Part shown: piece by piece, positions 44,510 to 53,587 of the stretch
How positions within the stretch are numbered: position 1 is the first letter of the stretch
Layout of the letters: every line of letters begins with the position of its first letter
Origin: Pseudomonadales bacterium
GTDB taxonomy: Bacteria; Pseudomonadota; Gammaproteobacteria; Pseudomonadales; Pseudohongiellaceae
Direction of reading: 5' to 3'
Length of the DNA: 54,405 nt
Assembly: GCA_031260485.1 (NCBI GenBank)
Contig: JAIRJU010000067.1
Span: 1 to 54,405, forward strand
The notes under the pieces: generated by a model
Seen by the model: the letters and a program-made list of their open reading frames with translations, nothing else
Database searches by the model: none
Told to the model about the DNA's origin: nothing
Translations under genes and position numbers: made by a program

Positions 44510-45328
44510 ATGAGCGATCGCTACGCCGTCATGGGCAATCCCGTTGCCCATAGCAAATCCCCGTTCATCCATGCCCATTTCGCCCGTCAAAGCGCGCAGG
44601 ATCTGCGCTATGAGGCGCTCTTGGTGCCGCGCGATGGCTTTGCGCGCGCGGTGCGCGAATTCTTTGCCGCGGGCGGCAAGGGGCTCAATATCACCGTGCC
44701 GTTCAAGCAGGAGGCGTGGGTCTTGGCGCAGGTGCGTTCGCGCGGCGCTGAACTGGCGGGCGCAGTCAATACCTTGCGGCTGAACGCACAGGGGGTGCTG
44801 GAAGGCCACAACACCGATGGCCCTGGCCTCGTGCGTGATCTTCTCCATAATGCTGGCGGCGAGCTGCGCGGCAAGCGGGTGCTGGTGCTGGGCGCTGGCG
44901 GCGCTACGCGCGGCATCGTGCAGCCGCTCTTGGCGCAAGCGCCGTGCGAGCTTGTCATTGCCAACCGTACTGAAAGCAAGGCGCGGGAACTTGCGGCGCT
45001 GTTTGCGCCTTACGGCTCTGTCATCGGCTGCGGCTATGACGCGCTGCGCGGCCAGCGCTTCGATTGGGTGCTCAACGCCACCGCCGCCAGCCTGGAAGGC
45101 ACCCTCCCTCCCCTGCCCGACGACCTGCTGGCCGCAGACGCCTGGTGCTACGATCTGATGTACGCCAAAGACAGCACCATTTTTTGCCGCTGGGCGCAGC
45201 AACACGGCGCGGCCCGCGCGCTCGATGGGTTAGGAATGCTGGTAGAACAAGCGGCCGAGGCTTTTTTACTGTGGCGGGGCCTGCGGCCCGACACCGGGGA
45301 CGTGTTGCGGGTGCTGCGCGCGAGTTAA
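44510..45328 (+). CDS. aroE: shikimate dehydrogenase
   Basis: 272 aa with GNPVAHSKSP, NITVPFK, NTDG and GAGGATRG. Confidence 0.94.
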   Translation: MSDRYAVMGNPVAHSKSPFIHAHFARQSAQDLRYEALLVPRDGFARAVREFFAAGGKGLNITVPFKQEAWVLAQVRSRGAELAGAVNTLRLNAQGVLEGHNTDGPGLVRDLLHNAGGELRGKRVLVLGAGGATRGIVQPLLAQAPCELVIANRTESKARELAALFAPYGSVIGCGYDALRGQRFDWVLNATAASLEGTLPPLPDDLLAADAWCYDLMYAKDSTIFCRWAQQHGAARALDGLGMLVEQAAEAFLLWRGLRPDTGDVLRVLRAS

Positions 45329-45335
45329 TCCGTCA

Positions 45336-46085
45336 TTAGTCCATCAGTGCCCCAATGCCTTTCTTTTCAACCAAGGTAAGCAGGCGCAGCGCGGGGCCGC
45401 CGGGCTTTTTTACGCCGCGCTCCCAGTCCGAAACCAGGTGCTTGGTGACATTCATATAAAGAGCGAACACCGGTTGTGACAGCTTTTCACGCTCGCGCAA
45501 CGCGCGGATGCGCTGTGGCAGCATCGGTTCGATCGGCATCAGGCAGGCGGCGTCGAATTCGCGCAAGGTCTGTTTGCTGATTGCCCCGATGCCATGCAGC
45601 CCCATCATGGTTTCGTGGATGGCTGCCAGCGCGTCGCTGCGGTAAACCCTTTCTGTTTGGTAGGCCAGGGCGGGCTCTTTGATGCTGTCTTTGTCTTTTG
45701 CTTTATCTTTTGCCATGGGGTTTACCTCCACCAGATGACCTTGCTCAATCAGTTGGGCCAACTGAGTTTCCGTTAGAGACAATATGTGAGCGGCTGCCTT
45801 ACGAAAGGTAGCCAACTCGTCGGGGCTGATGTTGTCGCGGTCGTTTTTGGCGAAGCCGTAGACGAACACGGCGCATATTCCTGGCCGGTACAACGCGAGA
45901 GTACGAAAACCGCCTGATTGCCCCTGGCCTGGGCGCGCCACGCGCTGCTTGATGACACCACTGCCGAGGTCGGCGGCGATCAAGCCGCGGTCGGCACGCA
46001 CAATGGCGTCCACAAGCGCCGTATCTGAAATGCCTTGCTTGTGGGCGAAGCGGCTAAACCAAACGTTCTTGAAAACTCTCATCAT
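45336..46085 (-). CDS. single ORF fusing a RelE/HigB-like toxin module (46085..45717) to an XRE-type HTH antitoxin module (45716..45336)
   Basis: The toxin-like part reads MMRVFKNVWFSRFAHKQGISD...KQRVARPGQGQSGGFRTL...YGFAKNDRDNIS. The antitoxin-like part reads MAKDKAKDK...LREREKLSQPVFALYMNVTKHLVSDWERGVKKPGGPALRLL. There is no stop between them, and GGAGG lies 8 nt upstream of the internal ATG at 45716. Confidence 0.75.
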   Translation of the reverse strand: MMRVFKNVWFSRFAHKQGISDTALVDAIVRADRGLIAADLGSGVIKQRVARPGQGQSGGFRTLALYRPGICAVFVYGFAKNDRDNISPDELATFRKAAAHILSLTETQLAQLIEQGHLVEVNPMAKDKAKDKDSIKEPALAYQTERVYRSDALAAIHETMMGLHGIGAISKQTLREFDAACLMPIEPMLPQRIRALREREKLSQPVFALYMNVTKHLVSDWERGVKKPGGPALRLLTLVEKKGIGALMD

Positions 46086-46149
46086 GCGAATCCTTTCGCA
46101 GCCTGTCACACGAAGTGTAACAGAAAGGTGGCGGGGAAGAAAAGCGCGC

Positions 46150-46695
46150 CTACATCACATCCTTCGACGTGCGCAGGTGCAGGTTCTTGAGCTTGACGTA
46201 ATGTGCGGCGCTGTAGCGCAGAAATTCCAGTTCATCGGGGCGTAGCTCGCGCACGTACTTGGCGGGCGAACCCACGTACAAGCCGCCGCTTTTGAGCACC
46301 TTGCCCGGCGTCACCACGCTACCGCCGCCGATGACCACATCGTTCTCCACGATCGCGCCATCCATGATGATCGCTCCCATGCCGACCAGCACATGATCGC
46401 CGATGGTGCAGCCGTGCAGTACGGCCTTGTGGCCCACGGTGACATCGTTACCGATGGTGAGCGCGAACCCGTGAGGTTTGGCGGAGTCGGGCGCGGTGCA
46501 ATGCAGCACCGAGCCATCCTGGATATTGGTGCGCTCACCGATACGAATGCTGTGCACGTCGCCGCGGATCACCGTGGCGGGCCATACCGAGGAATCGGTG
46601 CCGATCGCCACCCGCCCGATCACCACGGCGTTTTCGTCAACGAAGACATTGTTGGCGAGGGTAGGAAAGTGGTCGAGGTAGGAGCGAACGGTCAT
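46150..46695 (-). CDS. gamma-class carbonic anhydrase-like hexapeptide-repeat protein (YrdA/PaaY family)
   Basis: 181 aa left-handed beta-helix containing IRGDVHSIRIGERTNIQDGSVLH. Confidence 0.88.
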   Translation of the reverse strand: MTVRSYLDHFPTLANNVFVDENAVVIGRVAIGTDSSVWPATVIRGDVHSIRIGERTNIQDGSVLHCTAPDSAKPHGFALTIGNDVTVGHKAVLHGCTIGDHVLVGMGAIIMDGAIVENDVVIGGGSVVTPGKVLKSGGLYVGSPAKYVRELRPDELEFLRYSAAHYVKLKNLHLRTSKDVM

Positions 46696-46863
46696 GGCCT
46701 GGCCCTATGGGTGGTGGGATTGTAAGGAAGCGCCTCGATTCTAGCTGCCTCGTGCGCGGCCTCACAACGAAAAAGCAAGGCTTGTTGTTGCTCCGCGCTT
46801 GATGCAATGCAAAAAGGCGCTGAAAAGAAGCCGGCTCAGCACACGGAAATCGCCTTATCAGTG

Positions 46864-46894
46864 ATGACAGCACCGTGGACGATGTTGTTATAAT
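46864..46894 (+). promoter_or_regulatory. candidate sigma70 promoter ATGACA-N19-TGtTATAAT for the cox operon
   Basis: A consensus -10 with a TG extension at 46886-46894 and a 5/6 -35. It implies a ~265 nt leader before coxB. Confidence 0.45.
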
Positions 46895-47056
46895 GCGCGC
46901 GCTTTAACGGACAGGGCTGGCCTCGATCTCTCGAGGGCTTGCTGTTCGTTGTGGTCTCCCCCTGGAAAAGCTCCCTTGGTTAGTTGAGCACACCCTGCGC
47001 GGGCCGCGTTGCTCGAGGCTCGCCGTGTTTTTGCGGGAAGGTGTTTTTACGGGTAA

Positions 47057-47082
47057 AGGGAAAGCGAGAAGGGAAAGCGAGG
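47057..47082. repeat. 2 x 13 bp tandem repeat AGGGAAAGCGAGR in the coxB leader
   Basis: agggaaagcgaga agggaaagcgagg. The nearby GTGTTTTTRCGGG is also duplicated. Confidence 0.85.
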
Positions 47083-47166
47083 AGACCGGTTTTTGTGCGC
47101 TCGCAGAGCTGCGCCAAAATCCCGAAGATTCAGATTCAAAAAAGATGTGATGTGGAGATCTGGCGG

Positions 47167-48327
47167 ATGCTGCCAACTATCAAGAAGACAGTAAACAAAC
47201 TCTGGTCGGGAGTCGCGCTGACCCTGCTGGCAGCCTTGCCTGCACTGGGGCTGGCGGCGCCACAAATGAACATGACGCAAGGCGTCACTGACATCAGCCG
47301 TGACACTTACGGCCTGCACATGACCATCATCTGGGTGTGTGTGGCCATCGCCGTGATCGTATATGGCGTTCTGGTGTTCTCTCTCATCAAGTACCGCAAG
47401 TCCAAGGGCGCAGTTCCCGCCACGTTCTACCACAGCACCAAGGCAGAAATCGTCTGGACCTTGATTCCGTTCATTATCCTGATCGCCATGGCGATACCCG
47501 CCACTCAGGTGCTGACCGCGACCTACGACACCTCCGACGCCAAGCTCGATGTGTTGATTACCGGCTATCAGTGGCGCTGGCAGTACCGCTATCTCTCTGG
47601 CGATGGCCAGGAAGTCGTGTTCTTCAGCAACCTCTCCACGCCTCAGGAACAAATCGACAACAAAGCCGAGAAAGGCGAACACTACCTGCTCGAAGTGGAT
47701 GAACCGCTGGTAATCCCCGTTCACACCAAGGTGCGCTTTCTGTTGACCGCCGCCGACGTGATTCACTCCTGGTGGGTGCCCGCGTTCGCCATCAAGAAAG
47801 ACGCCATCCCCGGTTTCGTCAACGAAGCCTGGGTGAATGTCAACGAACCGGGCATCTACCGCGGCCAGTGCGCCGAACTTTGCGGGCAGCAGCACGGCTT
47901 CATGCCGATCGTGGTGAAAGTGGTGGAACAGGCCGAATTCGATGCCTGGCTGGCGGAAAAACAAGCCGCCGCCGCCGCCATCGCCGAACTGACCAGCCGG
48001 GAGTGGACGCAAGAACAATTGATCGCCGAAGGCCAAACCACCTACAACACCTTCTGTGTCGCCTGCCACCAGCCCACCGGCCTGGGTCTGCCGCCTGCCT
48101 TCCCGGCGCTGAGCGGCAGCCCGGTTGCCACCGGCCCGATCGAAAAACACATTGATGTGGTGCTGCATGGCCGCGCCGGCACCGCCATGGCCGCCTATGG
48201 CGCCCTGCTGAATCCGATACAGTTGGCAGGCGTCATCACGTTTGAACGCAACGCCCTTGGCAGCAATCGCGTGGGCGACATGGTAACGCCCGCGGAAATC
48301 CTGCAAGCCCAGCAGGCGGCCCAGTAA
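47167..48327 (+). CDS. coxB: cytochrome c oxidase subunit II with C-terminal cytochrome c domain
   Basis: 386 aa from ATG 47167, with a signal peptide and two TM helices. It has the CuA site HSWWVPAF...CAELCGQQHGFM and the haem c motif CVACH. Confidence 0.93.
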   Translation: MLPTIKKTVNKLWSGVALTLLAALPALGLAAPQMNMTQGVTDISRDTYGLHMTIIWVCVAIAVIVYGVLVFSLIKYRKSKGAVPATFYHSTKAEIVWTLIPFIILIAMAIPATQVLTATYDTSDAKLDVLITGYQWRWQYRYLSGDGQEVVFFSNLSTPQEQIDNKAEKGEHYLLEVDEPLVIPVHTKVRFLLTAADVIHSWWVPAFAIKKDAIPGFVNEAWVNVNEPGIYRGQCAELCGQQHGFMPIVVKVVEQAEFDAWLAEKQAAAAAIAELTSREWTQEQLIAEGQTTYNTFCVACHQPTGLGLPPAFPALSGSPVATGPIEKHIDVVLHGRAGTAMAAYGALLNPIQLAGVITFERNALGSNRVGDMVTPAEILQAQQAAQ

Positions 48328-48405
48328 GCGGGTCAAGCAGTAAGCTGAACCCAGACATTCATTTATTAGAAGCAAGAATTGACGAGAGCTTGAGGAGTTA
48401 CTGCG

Positions 48406-49983
48406 ATGGCGACCGGACACGGACACGACGATCATCACCACGGCCCCGCCAAGGGGATTACCCGTTGGCTGTATACCACCAACCACAAGGACATCGGCAC
48501 GATGTACCTGGTGTTCAGTTTGGCCATGTTCCTCTTGGGCGGCACTTTCGCGCTGGTGATCCGCGCGGAATTGTTCCAGCCGGGCTTGCAGTTCGTTACC
48601 CCGAACTTCTTCAACCAGATGACCACCATGCACGGCTTGGTGATGGTGTTCGGCGCGGTGATGCCCGCCTTCGTTGGCCTCGCCAACTGGATGATTCCGA
48701 TGATGATCGGTGCGCCTGACATGGCGTTGCCGCGCATGAACAACTGGAGCTTCTGGATTCTGCCTTTCGCCTTCCTGATGCTGTCTTCCACGCTGTTCAT
48801 GGATTCAGGCGCTCCCAACTTCGGCTGGACCTTCTACGCGCCGCTCTCCACCACTTACGCGCCGTCGTCGGTCACGTTCTTCATCTTCGCGGTGCACATG
48901 ATGGGGGTGTCTTCCATCATGGGCTCGATCAACATCATTGCCACCATCCAAAACCTGCGCGCGCCAGGCATGACCTACATGAAGATGCCGCTGTTCGTGT
49001 GGACCTGGCTGATCACAGCTTACCTGCTGCTGGCGGTAATGCCGGTGTTGGCCGGCGTAGTCACCATGATGCTGTTCGACATCCACTTCGGCACCAGCTT
49101 CTTCAGCGCCGCTGGCGGCGGTGATCCGGTCTTGTTCCAGCACGTGTTCTGGTTCTTCGGCCATCCCGAGGTGTACATCATGATCCTGCCGGCCTTCGGC
49201 GTGGTCTCCGAGATCGTATCGACCTTCTCGCGCAAGAGGCTGTTCGGTTACGACTCGATGGTATATGCCACCTCTTCGATCGCGTTCCTGTCCTTCATCG
49301 TGTGGGCGCACCACATGTTCACCACGGGGATGCCGCTGGCGGGTGAATTGTTCTTCATGTACGCCACCATGCTGATCGCCGTGCCGACGGGCGTGAAGGT
49401 ATTCAACTGGATTGCCACCATGTTCAAAGGCTCGATCAGCTTTGAAACGCCGATGCTGTTCGCCATCGCCTTCGTGGTGTTGTTCACCATGGGCGGTTTT
49501 ACCGGCCTGATGCTGGCGATCTCCCCTGCCGACTTCCAATATCAGGACACCTATTTCGTGGTGGCGCACTTCCACTACGTGCTGGTGCCTGGCGCGGTGT
49601 TCTCCATCATGGCCGCCACCTACTACTGGTTGCCGAAATGGACGGGCAACATGTATGACGAAAACCTGGGCCGCCTGCATTTCTGGCTGTCTTTCATCGG
49701 TATCAACGTCCTGTTCTTCCCGCAGCACTTCCTGGGCCTGGCCGGGATGCCGCGCCGCATCCCCGATTACGCGCTACAGTTCGCGGATTTCAACATGCTG
49801 TCGTCGATCGGCGCGTTCATCTTCGGCTTCAGCCAGTTGCTGTTCGTGTTCATCGTGATCAAGGCGGCGCGAGGCGGCAAGAAAGCCACCGCTGAAGTAT
49901 GGGATGGCTCGCATGGCCTGGAGTGGACCGTCCCCTCGCCTGCCCCGTATCACACGTTCAGCACGCCGCCGGTAATCAAGTAA
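48406..49983 (+). CDS. ctaD: cytochrome c oxidase subunit I
   Basis: 525 aa containing [25 protein letters not shown] and HHMF. Confidence 0.98.
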   Translation: MATGHGHDDHHHGPAKGITRWLYTTNHKDIGTMYLVFSLAMFLLGGTFALVIRAELFQPGLQFVTPNFFNQMTTMHGLVMVFGAVMPAFVGLANWMIPMMIGAPDMALPRMNNWSFWILPFAFLMLSSTLFMDSGAPNFGWTFYAPLSTTYAPSSVTFFIFAVHMMGVSSIMGSINIIATIQNLRAPGMTYMKMPLFVWTWLITAYLLLAVMPVLAGVVTMMLFDIHFGTSFFSAAGGGDPVLFQHVFWFFGHPEVYIMILPAFGVVSEIVSTFSRKRLFGYDSMVYATSSIAFLSFIVWAHHMFTTGMPLAGELFFMYATMLIAVPTGVKVFNWIATMFKGSISFETPMLFAIAFVVLFTMGGFTGLMLAISPADFQYQDTYFVVAHFHYVLVPGAVFSIMAATYYWLPKWTGNMYDENLGRLHFWLSFIGINVLFFPQHFLGLAGMPRRIPDYALQFADFNMLSSIGAFIFGFSQLLFVFIVIKAARGGKKATAEVWDGSHGLEWTVPSPAPYHTFSTPPVIK

Positions 49984-50026
49984 GAACGGCCGGGCAAAGA
50001 GCGAAAAGAGCGAAGAAAGGCGCGTC

Positions 50027-50602
50027 GTGGCAGAAGCGGACACACATCAGCGATCCCTCGGCAGGCAGGCTGCCAAGCTGGCGCTGTACGCGCTTGGCAT
50101 GTTTGGCTTTGGTTTTCTGCTGGTGCCGCTGTATGACGTGTTTTGTGAAGTCACGGGCCTCAATGGCAAAACCGGCGGCAAGTATCAGTACGAACAAGCC
50201 CAGGCGTCTGTGGATGAAAGCCGGGCCGTGACCATGCAGTTCACCGCCAACAACAACGCCGCCATGCCCTGGGAAGTCCGGCCCATGCAGCACCAGGTGA
50301 CGTTTCATCCGGGCGAGTTGGTACAAGTGACGTTTTATGCGCGCAACCCTACCGGGCAGCGCATGGTCGCGCAGGCGGTGCCCAGCGTGGTGCCGTTCAA
50401 GAGCGCGGATTATCTGCACAAAACCGAGTGTTTCTGCTTCACGCAACAAATACTCGACGCGGGAGAAGCAGTGGAAATGCCACTCATCTTTTTCGTTGAC
50501 CGGGCGCTGCCGGCGGATGTCAGCAAGATGACGCTGTCCTACACCCTGTTTGACGTAACCCAGAATTTCGCCGCCAAGGGCAAAGCCTTGTCGGCCAACT
50601 AA
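50027..50602 (+). CDS. ctaG: cytochrome c oxidase assembly protein CtaG/Cox11
   Basis: 191 aa with a GTG start, a TM anchor and the Cu-binding CFCF. Confidence 0.9.
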   Translation: MAEADTHQRSLGRQAAKLALYALGMFGFGFLLVPLYDVFCEVTGLNGKTGGKYQYEQAQASVDESRAVTMQFTANNNAAMPWEVRPMQHQVTFHPGELVQVTFYARNPTGQRMVAQAVPSVVPFKSADYLHKTECFCFTQQILDAGEAVEMPLIFFVDRALPADVSKMTLSYTLFDVTQNFAAKGKALSAN

Positions 50603-50636
50603 GAACATCGGATTTATCTGAAAAGGCTGAAGCAAG

Positions 50637-51575
50637 ATGGCTAATGTAAGCAAAGACGCAGCGCACGGTGATTACGACCAGCCCTACTACGTTCCGGAGC
50701 AGTCCAAATTCCCGATTTTGGCGTCCTTCGGCATGGGCTTGTTCATATTTTCCATGGGCCACATGCTCAATGACCTGAAGGCCAATGAAAGCGCCACGCT
50801 GTGGAGCTGGATGACTTTCGCCGGTTTCGCGGTGCTCGCCGTCACCCTGTTCAACTGGTTCGCCACGCAGGTGCGCGAAAACCATCAAGGCATGGCCGGC
50901 CCGCAGCTCAAGCGCTCCTATGTGCTGGGCATGTACTGGTTCATCTTCTCCGAAGTGATGTTCTTCGCCGCGTTCTTCGGCGCCCTGTTCTACGTGCGCA
51001 TGTGGGTCGTGGGCTGGCTGGGCGGTGAAGGCGACAGAGGCGTGAGCAACATGCTGTGGCCGAATTTCAAAGCCAGTTGGCCGCTCTTGAGCAACCCCAA
51101 CCCGGAATTGTTTGAAGGCCCGGAATCCTCCATGGCCTGGCCAGGCTTTAGCAGCGTTGCGCACTACCTGCCGCTGTGGAACACCATTTTGCTGCTAAGC
51201 TCCAGTGTCACCGTACACATTGCGCATACCGCGCTCAAGAACAACCAGCGTCAGAAATTGACCTTGTGGCTGGGCCTGACCGTGCTGCTCGGTCTCACGT
51301 TCCTGTTCCTGCAAGTGACGGAATACCGTGAGGCTTATCATGAACTGGGCTTGACGCTGCATTCCGGCATTTACGGCTCCACGTTCTTCCTGCTGACCGG
51401 CTTTCACGGCTTCCACGTTACCCTTGGCGCTTTCATGCTGAGTGTCATGTGGTTCCGCGCGCTCAAGGGCCACTTCAAGCCTGAGGACCACTTCGGCTTT
51501 GAAGCCGCCTCCTGGTACTGGCACTTTGTGGACGTGGTCTGGGTGTGCCTGTTCCTCTTTGTTTACATCTTCTGA
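50637..51575 (+). CDS. ctaE: cytochrome c oxidase subunit III
   Basis: 312 aa, 7 TM helices, containing TGFHGFHVTLG and WYWHFVDVVW. Confidence 0.95.
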   Translation: MANVSKDAAHGDYDQPYYVPEQSKFPILASFGMGLFIFSMGHMLNDLKANESATLWSWMTFAGFAVLAVTLFNWFATQVRENHQGMAGPQLKRSYVLGMYWFIFSEVMFFAAFFGALFYVRMWVVGWLGGEGDRGVSNMLWPNFKASWPLLSNPNPELFEGPESSMAWPGFSSVAHYLPLWNTILLLSSSVTVHIAHTALKNNQRQKLTLWLGLTVLLGLTFLFLQVTEYREAYHELGLTLHSGIYGSTFFLLTGFHGFHVTLGAFMLSVMWFRALKGHFKPEDHFGFEAASWYWHFVDVVWVCLFLFVYIF

Positions 51576-51640
51576 CAGAGTTCTGACAACAGAGCCAACC
51601 AAGGCACAAGCTCGAACACAAGAAACACCACACAATGAGA

Positions 51641-51681
51641 GGGGTGCGTTACAGAAAGCGGGTAACGCGCCCCTTTTGTTT
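51641..51681 (+). terminator. intrinsic terminator after ctaE
   Basis: ggggtgcgttac / gtaacgcgcccc form a 12 bp stem with one G-U pair and a 9 nt loop, followed by ttttgttt. Confidence 0.75.
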
Positions 51682-51750
51682 GATGGTTGACCGTTTGGTA
51701 GCTTACTGTTTGATGGCCTGCTGTTTGATGGTGGGGCGTGTGTTTGATAG
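51677..51750. repeat. four dispersed copies of TGTTTGATRG
   Basis: Copies lie at 51677, 51707, 51722 and 51741, between the convergent ctaE and the DUF2909-like gene. Confidence 0.7.
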
Positions 51751-51760
51751 TGGGGCGCGG

Positions 51761-51973
51761 TTAAGGATGCCAGGGCGCGTTGATCGCAAGCTGGCCAGAC
51801 AACACGCCGTAAGTGATGCACAGAATCAGCAGCACCGCCAGCGTGACGCGCAGGCCGAGCGCATACAACGTGCGCTTGCTTTCGCCCTGGTCCTTGAAGA
51901 AAAACACCGCGCCGCCCGCCAAACTGGCGATCATGGCGACCAGAAGCACGACGATGATGATGCGCAACAACAT
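51761..51973 (-). CDS. twin-transmembrane-helix small protein (DUF2909-like)
   Basis: 70 aa from ATG 51973 (MLLRIIIVVLLVAMIASLAGGAVFFFKDQG...). This is a typical companion of proteobacterial cox clusters. Confidence 0.7.
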   Translation of the reverse strand: MLLRIIIVVLLVAMIASLAGGAVFFFKDQGESKRTLYALGLRVTLAVLLILCITYGVLSGQLAINAPWHP

Positions 51974-52065
51974 GAAAAAAGCCGTCGGAGTGATTGAGTT
52001 AACCCGCAAGCGCATGGTAGCAGAGCCCTGCTGCGGTGTTGTAATCAAAAGAGGTAAACCCTGCC

Positions 52066-52791
52066 ATGTGGCAACGGCTACGACACTACCGCTTTGATTG
52101 GAAACTGACGCTGCTCTACGTGCTGCTGCTGCCGCTATTGTTGCGGCTGGGCTTCTGGCAGTTGGCGCGCGAAGAGGAAAAACGGGAACTGCTGGCGGTC
52201 TATGAGAGCCGCCAGCAGGAAGCGCCTGTGGCGCTGGCGGCGCTGAATCCGGCGGACGATCTGCAATATCGGCAGGTACATTTCACCGGCCACCCCGACA
52301 ACGCGCATTTTTTCCTGCTCGATAATCGCATCTACCGTGGGCAAGTTGGCTATGAAGTATTACAGGCCGTGCGCACCGAGGCTGACGCTGTGGTGTTCAT
52401 CAACCGCGGCTGGGCGGCGCAAGGCGCAACGCGCGCGGACTTGCCCGTGCTGGCGCCGTTGCCGGATCCCCTGGAGGTACGTGGCAGCGTTTATGTGCCG
52501 GTGGGTGATCCCGTGGTGCTTGGCGCCGCGATGTCGGACGGCTGGCCCAGGGTGATCGAAGTGCTGGACTTGCCGCAGATGCAAGCCGCCGCCGCGTTCG
52601 CGGGCCTGCGCTTTCCCTATACGGTGCGCGTGGCGGAAGGCGCCGCTGGCGCGCTGGTGCGGTACTGGCCGGTGATCAACCTCAGCCCCGAAATGCACCG
52701 TGGTTACGCGGTGCAATGGTTTGCGATGGCGCTGGCGTTGACGCTGCTTTATCTCTTCTACAGCACGCGGCCAAGCGAACTGAAAAGTTAA
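52066..52791 (+). CDS. SURF1-family cytochrome oxidase biogenesis protein
   Basis: 241 aa with the N-terminal TM helix LRLGFWQLAREEEK, a C-terminal TM helix and YAVQWF. Confidence 0.88.
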   Translation: MWQRLRHYRFDWKLTLLYVLLLPLLLRLGFWQLAREEEKRELLAVYESRQQEAPVALAALNPADDLQYRQVHFTGHPDNAHFFLLDNRIYRGQVGYEVLQAVRTEADAVVFINRGWAAQGATRADLPVLAPLPDPLEVRGSVYVPVGDPVVLGAAMSDGWPRVIEVLDLPQMQAAAAFAGLRFPYTVRVAEGAAGALVRYWPVINLSPEMHRGYAVQWFAMALALTLLYLFYSTRPSELKS

Positions 52792-52832
52792 CAATCACAG
52801 TTAACAATCGCAGTTAACAACCCGAGACCAAC

Positions 52833-53486
52833 GTGAACACGAACCAAGTCAACAAACTCAAACTGTTTTTTCTGCTCAGCGGCGTGATCGTGCCAATCAC
52901 GCTGGCCACCTGGTATTTCGGCGAGGCCATGAAGAGCGGCATCGTCGCCACCACCAACAAGGGCGATCTGGTGATTCCTGTGGTCGATCTCACCGCCTTG
53001 CGCTTGGTTGATGCCAGCGGCAAGCCCGCCTACCAAAGTTTTGAAGAACTGACCGCAGGCGTAAGCCCCGATGATTACGACCCCCGCCCCTGGCAATTGC
53101 TCTACATCGGCGGCAGCGAGTGTGATGCCGCATGTGCCGAACGCCTGTATTTTCTGCGGCAGATTCATACACGCCTGGGCGCCGACAGTGGCCGCGTGCA
53201 AGGCGTCTACGTGCAGGCGGCGGCAGGCTCGCCTCAGCTTCAGCCGGCGTTGGCGGCACTCTTGAGCGGCGAACATACGGGCATGAACACGGTTTTCGCC
53301 GATCCTGCCACCTTGCGTGCTGCATTGGCGCCCAGTGCGCGCGCAGGGGAAGACCCGCTCACGCAGCATTACATCTACCTGGCTGATCCGGTGGGCAATG
53401 TGATGCTGTATTTCACGCCTCAGAACACGCCCGAAGAAATCCTGTCCGATCTCACCAAGCTGCTCAAACAGAGCGGCCTGGGCTAA
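52833..53486 (+). CDS. membrane-anchored hypothetical protein, possibly SCO1/SenC-like (CxxxC)
   Basis: 217 aa with a GTG start and an N-terminal TM helix. YIGGSECDAACAERL resembles the SCO CxxxC copper site. It occupies a conserved slot between SURF1 and ctaA. Confidence 0.55.
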   Translation: MNTNQVNKLKLFFLLSGVIVPITLATWYFGEAMKSGIVATTNKGDLVIPVVDLTALRLVDASGKPAYQSFEELTAGVSPDDYDPRPWQLLYIGGSECDAACAERLYFLRQIHTRLGADSGRVQGVYVQAAAGSPQLQPALAALLSGEHTGMNTVFADPATLRAALAPSARAGEDPLTQHYIYLADPVGNVMLYFTPQNTPEEILSDLTKLLKQSGLG

Positions 53487-53537
53487 GACAGATTTTTTAC
53501 TTTTTGTTCCTTATCCCGCGTGTGGGGAAGGAATCAG

Positions 53538-53568
53538 AATCAACAAAAACCAAAATCAACAAAAACCA
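53538..53568. repeat. 2 x 15 bp direct repeat AATCAACAAAAACCA upstream of ctaA
   Basis: The copies lie at 53538-53552 and 53554-53568, one nt apart. Related gaatcag and gagtcaac flank them. Confidence 0.8.
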
Positions 53569-53587
53569 GAGTCAACAGGAGCCGATC

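Noticed and set aside
46799-46812. FNR/ANR-like half-site pair TTGAT-gcaa-TGCAA upstream of the cox promoter.
   Set aside because: The second half-site matches only 3/5 of ATCAA. The centre lies about 95 bp from the inferred TSS, which is not a standard activating or repressing position.
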